In this document: positions 56,380 to 64,000 of the stretch, piece by piece
Layout of the letters: every line of letters begins with the position of its first letter
Position numbering within the stretch: the stretch's first letter is position 1
Source: the human T2T-CHM13v2.0 reference genome, Homo sapiens
Assembly: GCF_009914755.1 (NCBI RefSeq)
Contig: NC_060930.1
Reading direction: 5' to 3' (one strand)
DNA: 64,000 nt
Position numbers and translations under genes: made by a program
The notes under the pieces: generated by a model
Databases searched by the model: none
What the model was told of the DNA's origin: nothing
The model's input: only the letters and a program-made list of their open reading frames with translations

Positions 56380-57365
56380 ATTTTTTAATTGACTATACTT
56401 TTTAGAGCAGTTTGAGTTTCACAGCAAAACTGAGCAGAAGGTGCAGAGATTTCACATATGCCGTCCCGCCCGCCACCACATACACACGGCCTCCCCAACT
56501 GTCAGCATCCCCACCAGAGGGGTGCATTTGTTACAGTCGAAAGACCTACACTGACATGTGTCATTATTACCCAAATTCCACAGTTTACATTAGGGTCAAT
56601 TTTGGTGGTGTACATGTTACAGGTTTGGACAAATATATAACGACAGGTACCAACCGTTACGGTAACACACACAGTAGCTTCACTGCCCTAAAACTCCTCT
56701 GTGCTCCCTCCTTCCCCAGTAACCCCCGACAACCACTGATCTTTTTAATCTCTCCATAGTTTCTCCTGTTACAGAGTGTCGTATAGTTGGAATCACACAA
56801 TATGCAGCCTTTTCAGTTTATCTTATTTCACTTAGTAACATGCATTTAAGGTTCCTTCCATGCCTTGCTCATTTCATCTTAGTGCCGAGTAATATTCATT
56901 TTCCAGATGGACCGTAACACATTTATTCACCTACTGAAGGATTACTTGGTTGCTTCCAAGTTTTGGCAATTATGAATAAGATTGCTACAAGCATTGGTGT
57001 GCAGGTTTTTGTGTGGATGTAACTTTTCCACTCCCTTGGCTAAATGCCAAGTGGTGCCAATCATGGATTATATGGTAAGAGGATGTCTAGTTTCGTAAGA
57101 GGCTGCCAAACTGTCTTCCAAAGTGGCTGGGTAATTCTGTAGTCCCACTAGCAATGAAGGAGAGATCCTGGTGCTCCACATGCTCACCAGCAGTTGGTGT
57201 TTTCAGTGTTCTGGATTTTGGCCATTCTAATAGGTGTGCAATGGTATCTTACTGTTGTTTTAATTTGCAATTCCCTAATGACACACAATGTGGAACATCT
57301 TTTCATATGCTTATTCTCCATCTGCATATTTACTTTGGTAAGTTGTCTGTGAAGGTCTTTGACTT
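56380..57365 (-). mobile_element. L1M (MA/MC-like) 3' end
   Basis: tttagagcagtttgagtttcacagcaaaactgagcagaagg..., ccaaactgtcttccaaagtggctg. Confidence 0.85.
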
Positions 57366-60300
57366 AAGCAAACAACCTGTTTGCTCTTCAGTGCATACGT
57401 ATCTACCTTATAATTTTTGATGGCTGCTTAGTATTCTAGCATGGATGTATCATAATCTATTTGACCATTCTCCTACTATGGGGAACTTATGTTGCCTTTC
57501 AATTTACTACCATAAATAATGCTGCAATAAACATAGATTCTTGGATTCTAATACAACAGTTTATGTAAGATATCTTCCCAGAAGTGGAATTGCTGAGTGC
57601 AAAGGTAATCAAGCTATTCAGTTTTCATGGATTCTGCCAACCTATCATGCAAAAGGCCACACAGAATTATACTCCTATTTCTTCATGCCTTTTTATCCTC
57701 TTAACTTGGATTCTCTGATTACTGTAATTAACAGTATCCCTAATATATGCTCCTCCTCAGCTATGATAGTCTATTTTAAAACATTCTTAACAGCTATTTG
57801 ACAAAACTTTTCATGAAAATAAAATAAAATTTTAATACGAAAATTGAAGGAAATTTACTAGAAGTGACACAAGATTTACTCTGACTGTATAAAAAGTGTC
57901 TGAAAAGTGCTGGAGAGGAAGAACGTGTTGTAATTACAATAAACAACTGCTATGCCATCTTAACCTATACCAAGAATGCAAACTTTTCCATGAAGCATTT
58001 CCTGTTGTAATTGGAAAGACGGCTCCTTTAAACACAGGCGGATTTCAAGGTACTCGGCCTAATGTTGTTTTGACGCATAACACTCTTCAGACAATACTAT
58101 AAGAAATCAACCCTGGAAACTCTGGAGATACTACCTACTGTATAAACCACATTTCCTGTTTTTAACCCCTATGCCCCAAATCAGTTATCACTCCCAGTCT
58201 ACTGGTAAAAATAGATTCAAAAATACTATAAATATCCCACAATGTACTTTTTTTTATTGTCAAACTGAAACACTACTGAAAAAACTTTGGTGTATTTTTT
58301 TCAAGTGAATTATCTATTCAATTACACTCTGAACACACATTATCGAAATTACTGCCTAATTAAAAAAAAGAAAAAGATAACCAGAAACTGTATCACTATT
58401 AGTAGAACAGAGAGAAAGTCCTAACCATTCTGCAGCAAAATCAGCTCTTGTTGGACTAACTAAAGAGTTTTAAGTTCCCCTTCGTCAGGTTTTAGTGCCC
58501 TCATTCCCAAATTGATAAATGTCTTTTGCCCTAAAGTGGATTTTTTCAATGACTATTTGAGGAAAGGACACCCTTCCTATGTAGCACATGAATGGGTACC
58601 TTCGCCCTCTCCTGCTTTCTGTTTTCCATCCCAGGATTTTTTTTTTCATTGCTTTCATCAGTAGGATCTCTTATTGATCAGCGTGATCAATCTCAATAGG
58701 AAAACTCTTTCCTCGAGAAAAGAGAAAACATTGCCAACAGTGAAAATAACAGTGAAATGGTTACATGGTTTATTTTTTCCCATCTGTAAGAAAGACTTTA
58801 TATTCATAAGAGTTTAGATTCATAAACTTCATAGACAAACAGCTTTCAAGACTCAAATATACGCAAGTGGAAAAAACTCTCCCCTCTCATTTCAAAATGT
58901 AAAGTCTGATGTGTAGAACAGACCATGAATTATCCTAACATAAGATGTCACAGAACTCATTACACACTTAGCATAGAATACGTTTCACAAACTTGATACA
59001 CTGAATTTTAGACATAAAGGTAGAAAGTTAATTAACTTAATATAAACAGACAAACCATTTGTTTGAATTTAGTTTTTTGTCAGAAATTTTTTTTTCATTA
59101 CAAGGAAACTTCAGTTAGAAAAGTGAAAGTGACAAGAAAACAGGATTCATTCTATACATGCAGATGAATGCGTTTGTTTTGCACTGTGAGGTGTTACTTC
59201 TGGACATACTACTTCATAAACAGGCCTGGGTTAACTGTTGATTTTCACAATTTCAAGAAGGTGTTTTGTTTTTGTTTTTAAAGATTTTAATGAGCTGAGA
59301 TCAAAACCAATGACTGCTATGAGAGAAGCAGGTCTGGAAGCAGCTGGGGTCCTGACCCCTATTTTCCTGCGTGGTCCCTGTGGCTACACGAGTGAATGCT
59401 GGGAAGGGTTCCTGCCATGGCCTGGCACGCAAGATGGTGCAAAATGCCAGGCAGTGCCGTGCCTGCTGCTGAGCGGGTCCCGCACCCCTTTGACTGCAGT
59501 CATTACCGTGGAGCACGGGAAAGAAGTAATAGGGTATAGCTCCTATTCTCAATATAGCGGGGGTCCATATGCAATTGAAGAAATAGCCGTAAAACCTTCC
59601 AAAAAGAAAACACCTTGAAATTAAAAACAATTTTGAGTCATAATAAAATGGAAGGCAAAAAAAAAATATGAAAACCCAATTGCTAACTGGGATTTTAAAG
59701 TCCCATTTACAGAGTAAGAAATCTAGGTAGAAATGCATACATTTAAGGAGACTAATTTTTGAATATGCCACACATCTGTTTAGATGGCTAAAACCACAAA
59801 GCACTGGCCTTGCACCCTGTTGGGACTGACGACATTGAAGTGTGAGGCCAAGAGAGGGCTGCACGGGGGCATCTGGATTGAACCCAGCCCGAGCGGGACA
59901 AGCCGCTCACCTGCAGGGGCCTGCGTTTCTAAAGCTGCAAGGCCAGCTTAGAGTGCACTCCAAGGATGTCACCAATGAGGCCCACAGGCTCAGGGCAGCA
60001 AGGGCAGGAACAGTGCCTCGTTTCATAGACTTGTTTCTTTTTCTAAGAAAATCTCATTCAAATACTGAATTCCATGTTGCTTGTTATTTCTCTTGAGATT
60101 CTATTAGCAATGACTCATCTGTTCTCCCGTCTTCAGTATCAATGATCACTCGCATCACTCCGCCACATCTGTTGCTTCGTGCCTGGTACACTGTTGTGCA
60201 GATGCTTTATCCAAAAATAAGTGCAACCCCTTTACTCTTCCTGGTATCTTTATCGTTCATTCACAGCTTTGCCATACTTGGAAACTCTCCCTCATGGGTT

Positions 60301-60477
60301 GGTGTTTGTCAGAAGGGCAAGGTGCATATACACACACAGTCTTCTTCCTTGGGGTTAAGCCACTGCCCTTTTGTCAGCAGGGGAGGGCCACCAGGCCATG
60401 GTCCTTGAGCCCCTTCTCAGCTCTGTTAACAGCACCTGGGACTGAGGAAGGCCCACAGTACTTTGCAAACTCAATTC

Positions 60478-60891
60478 CAGTTGGTCCACGAACAATACAG
60501 GTTTGAACCGCGTGGGTCCACCCATAGGTGGGTTTTCTCATGCCTCTGCTGCCCCTGACACAGCTAAACCAGCTCCGATCCTCCTCTTCCTCCTCAGCCT
60601 ACTCAATGTGAAGATGAGGATGAAGACCTTTATGATGATCCACTTCCACTTCATGAGTAGTAAATGTATTTTCCTTTCTTATGATTTTCTTAATAGCATT
60701 TTCTTTTCTCTAGCTTACTTTAAGAATACAGAATATAGTATATACGTAAAATATGTAACAGACTGTTTATGTTATTAATAAGTCATCTGGGCAACAGCAG
60801 GCTATTCCTAGTTAAATTCTGGGGGTAAACAAAGATTTCAGACTGTACAGCAGGTTGGCACCCCAACTATCTGTCGTACAGGGGTCTGCTG
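60478..60891. mobile_element. Tigger2a/MER28-like DNA transposon
   Basis: cagttggtccacgaacaatacaggtttgaaccgcgtgggtccac...cagcctactcaatgtgaagatgaggatgaagacctttatgatgatccacttccac...ggtctgctg. Confidence 0.7.
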
Positions 60892-63830
60892 TATTTACAA
60901 ACATGAAGATATACAAAACGACACCGTATTGTTAGCCCCGTGGTCTGACCCATGCCCTGTACATGTTTCTTGGTAAGAGTGATAAAGTTAGAATTGGAGA
61001 TGAAAAGTTGGGCCTAGTTCCCTTATTTGAGCAAGTTACACAGCCTTTCTTGATTCTCCAAATTTTAAAAATTTGCCACATGGGGAAAACAGTATCTAAC
61101 CCCAACACGGTTGGTGTGAAGATAACATACAAGAATGTATGTGAAAGCAGTAAGTAAACTGTAAAATATTTTCATTTGAAAATGGACCAAATGAAATACC
61201 TGAATAAATCCATGAGGTTTTCAATATGAACCAAAGCAAAATGTCGTCTGGCATTTTATTTTCAACAATGGATGCTTAAACCCCACAAAATAGGCCGACT
61301 CTGCGACTCTATGTTTCCCAGCTCCCATTTTCAGGTATTTCCAGCAGAGCCGTTATGAATGCAGCTGGTGGTGTCTTTTGGCGGGCATAAACACTCATTC
61401 TCTTGGGTCACAGGCTGGAATGGAACTGGGTCACTGCATGTGTGTTATCTTCAGTGTGCTCCAGTCCCCGTGGGGAAGAGCCAGACCACGTGCCGTACCA
61501 AGAGCACGGCGTGGTCACCCACGGTTTACGTGCAGTGCGGCTGCACACGGCCCACGTGTCCACGAGCAGCACAGCCCCAGTGAGGCTAAATGATCTGCCG
61601 AACCTGTTTTCCTTAGCAGAATATGAAAAAGGAAGCCCCAGCACAAACCAAGGAGGAAAATGAGAAGAAACGAAAGTCCAAGCACACACACCAATTTTTC
61701 TTTTCATTAATACAACCCGACCGTAGAGTACAAGAATATTAGTTTCTTTCATATCCATCATATTTAAAGTCCATGAAGGTAGCTTTTGTGATTCCATAAA
61801 ACCTCTTATTAAATTCCTTCAATACACAAACTTGCTAAAAGTCACATGCATTCTATGTATAATCCTTAAAGTCCCTATTACTGTAATCATAGGCTGTCAC
61901 ACCATTTGCAACCAGAAATGACAGCAATTTCAAAAAAGAAAAATGGGTTTTCAGATATATTACATTTATGAATTTACTCTGGTTGTCACTCAAACATTTT
62001 GATTATTAGTATGTGATATTATGAGAAAACTGAAGTAAATTGATACAAAAAGAATCTAAGTCTCAAGTAAATATCCTCTGCAATATAAGGATTTTAATAA
62101 CATTGCCTTTAATTTGCTCCCATAGACACAAACTGCTTTGTTGATGTCTCTTGCTCCACACACTTAAAAATCTAGCCACAAACTGAGCTTTTTATGCTAA
62201 TTGTACTATTTTTAGACTCTTGATACAATGTAGAGTTTAAGCACATTGATTAGCTTGCTGAAAAATGATATACTTTTGAAAAGTGTTAGGAGGCAGAGGC
62301 AGAAGTCCCAGTTTGTCAACCAAATGCTCCTTGACGGCTGTAGACAGTGTTTCGTCTGGACTTCAGTTTCCTTGGCTGTAAAAGAAAGGGGTGTGATAGG
62401 TCTTCTCTGCCTCTTCCAGGCCGACAAGTAACCCTTTTACTGTGGTCTCTTAGGAAATGTTCAAGTTGTTTTCAATGAACACTCAAAATTTTTCCACCTT
62501 GAAGGTTTAGAACAAATAGTAACTATTTATTACTAACTACTAAGCTGCCCTGTAAGTATTCTGGGGTTAGTTTTTGCTGCTTACTAAGAGAAGGTGGTTA
62601 AGAAAATTGGAGATGATTACCCAATATTTACCAAGTACCTTTTATCTTGAAGGTTCTATCCTGGTTTTGGGAGAAAGTCACAGAGATGGCATTTATGACC
62701 TCAAGAGTAGAAAACAGGAAACATAGAGAGAGTTGCTCTGTGGTTTAACTTTCTTAACAAATTCTATCAGATGCTCATTTTCTACTAAAATGAGTAAATC
62801 CATGCGCTGCTCCCACTTTCCCATGCTCTGAGCGCGTGGTTTGGAGCCCCTGGTGTGCATGTGAGGCTTTCTTAGGAGCTGCAGGGCGAGGGCTGTGAAG
62901 ACACAGCTGCTCCAGGGGCTCCAGGGAGGCCAAAGGGGTCGCCCCTGGGGCAGATGTCTATGGGAGAAGCCCAAGGGACGCAGAGGCCAGGGGAGGAGCA
63001 CACACCACAGGCAGATGTGTGGGGGAGGAGCCCAAAGGACAGAGAACCAGCAGGCAGGCCCTGGGTCAAGCCCCGTGATGTCCCAGGAGGAGGGGAGGAG
63101 GGCGGAGTCGGAAGGGAGCGAGGGAGCCAGGGAGGCAGGGCCCTCTGAGGGCAGGGAGTTCTCCATGAAGTTCCAGAAGCCAATGACCAGATCGGCGCAT
63201 GCAAACAGCTTAAAAGAAAACATTAGGCACTGGTGGCTTCGCTCTAAATGAACAGTTCTTAAAACTGCTTTCAGTTCTAGCCATAATAAAGGCATTTGAA
63301 TTATGTTGCTTTTGATGAAACTATAAAGATATTGGCTTTTATACAGTATCATGCCAGAAACAAATTTATAACATTGTTATGGTATAACAGCAGGAATACT
63401 TGGAATACACATTTTTCAGCTGAGCTCTAAGAATTACTTTTCCCTTGCCCCAGGTTGGCAATTAAGAACTATAACTTACTTCCACCCCACTCCACCTCAC
63501 CCTACCCCAGAAACAAAGAAAAACAAACACGCAAACAAAACCAGGAAGGTAGGTTAGGAAATGTGGGCATTGAAGGTAAATGAAAATACATGAAAAAAAG
63601 TTCATGTCTTAACATCTGTCCGTCCTGTCCACACAGTCTTCTGTCCTCCCTGTCTGTCCCCTGCTTTCCTGTCATGGCTGTTGCTCTCTACAATCCTTAG
63701 AATGTCGGCACCACAGCAGGAGGCAGGCTTACCCAGGGACTGATACCCTGACGCCCTGAGCACAGACAGCAGGTTCAGGGCTGAATGCAGCCAGTGTGGC
63801 TCCAGGGTGCTAGGGTGACAGGGCACACGG

Positions 63831-64000
63831 CAGTCCTAGGAGGGAGCGAGAAGCCAGAGTGACCGTAATCATACAACGATTTCCAACAACAAAGGAGAGA
63901 CGCACACAGCTGGGGCGGTCCTAGGAGGGAGCGAGAAGCCAGAGTGACCGTAATCATACAACGATTTCCAACAACAAAGGAGAGACGCACACAGCTGGGG
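63831..64000. repeat. 85-bp tandem repeat (VNTR), two copies, running off the window edge
   Basis: 63831-63915 and 63916-64000 differ at one base (cagtcc vs cggtcc). Confidence 0.97.

Larger units (their letters stand above)
47791..64000 (-). other. EXOC2: Part of a long EXOC2 intron; the upstream exon lies beyond the window
   Basis: No further EXOC2-like coding segment found, and the acceptor at 47791-47793 needs an upstream donor. Confidence 0.85.

Noticed and set aside
56511-56525. CTCF-like ccaccagaggggtgc
   Set aside because: It lies within an L1M consensus segment and is an imperfect match, so it cannot be supported without ChIP data.
62693-63352. 219-aa minus-strand ORF as an additional EXOC2 exon or nested gene
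   Set aside because: No similarity to EXOC2 or any protein I recognise; it spans a GC-rich, stop-poor stretch.

Overview
Human (primate) genomic DNA, most likely chr6p25.3 between IRF4 and EXOC2. The identification rests on my recognition of the EXOC2/SEC5 C-terminal protein sequence. The minus strand carries the last five coding exons of EXOC2 (47735-47790, 45449-45571, 39210-39271, 37064-37123, 34753-34846). They have canonical GT-AG junctions and consistent phases, splice into GVRNYLKEAL...[12 protein letters not shown], and are followed by a ~1.5 kb 3' UTR. Positions 47791-64000 are part of a long EXOC2 intron. Positions 1-~31.6 kb are downstream intergenic DNA rich in L1, Alu, MaLR/ERV1 LTR and Tigger/MER remnants. 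Almost all ORFs in the six-frame track are repeat-derived or chance. I see no evidence for a new multi-gene system. The most interesting unexplained structures are: (1) a candidate 124-nt poison/cryptic EXOC2 exon containing (UG)25, possibly under TDP-43-type control; (2) an internal, tailless L1PA fragment bracketed by a ~195-bp direct duplication; (3) a ~1 kb AT-rich array enclosed by 34-bp inverted repeats (PATRR-like); (4) a tailless 5'-half tRNA-Ile(UAU) retrocopy with an 11-bp TSD; (5) the start of an 85-bp VNTR at the window edge. Repeat boundaries and subfamily names were assigned by eye and are approximate.
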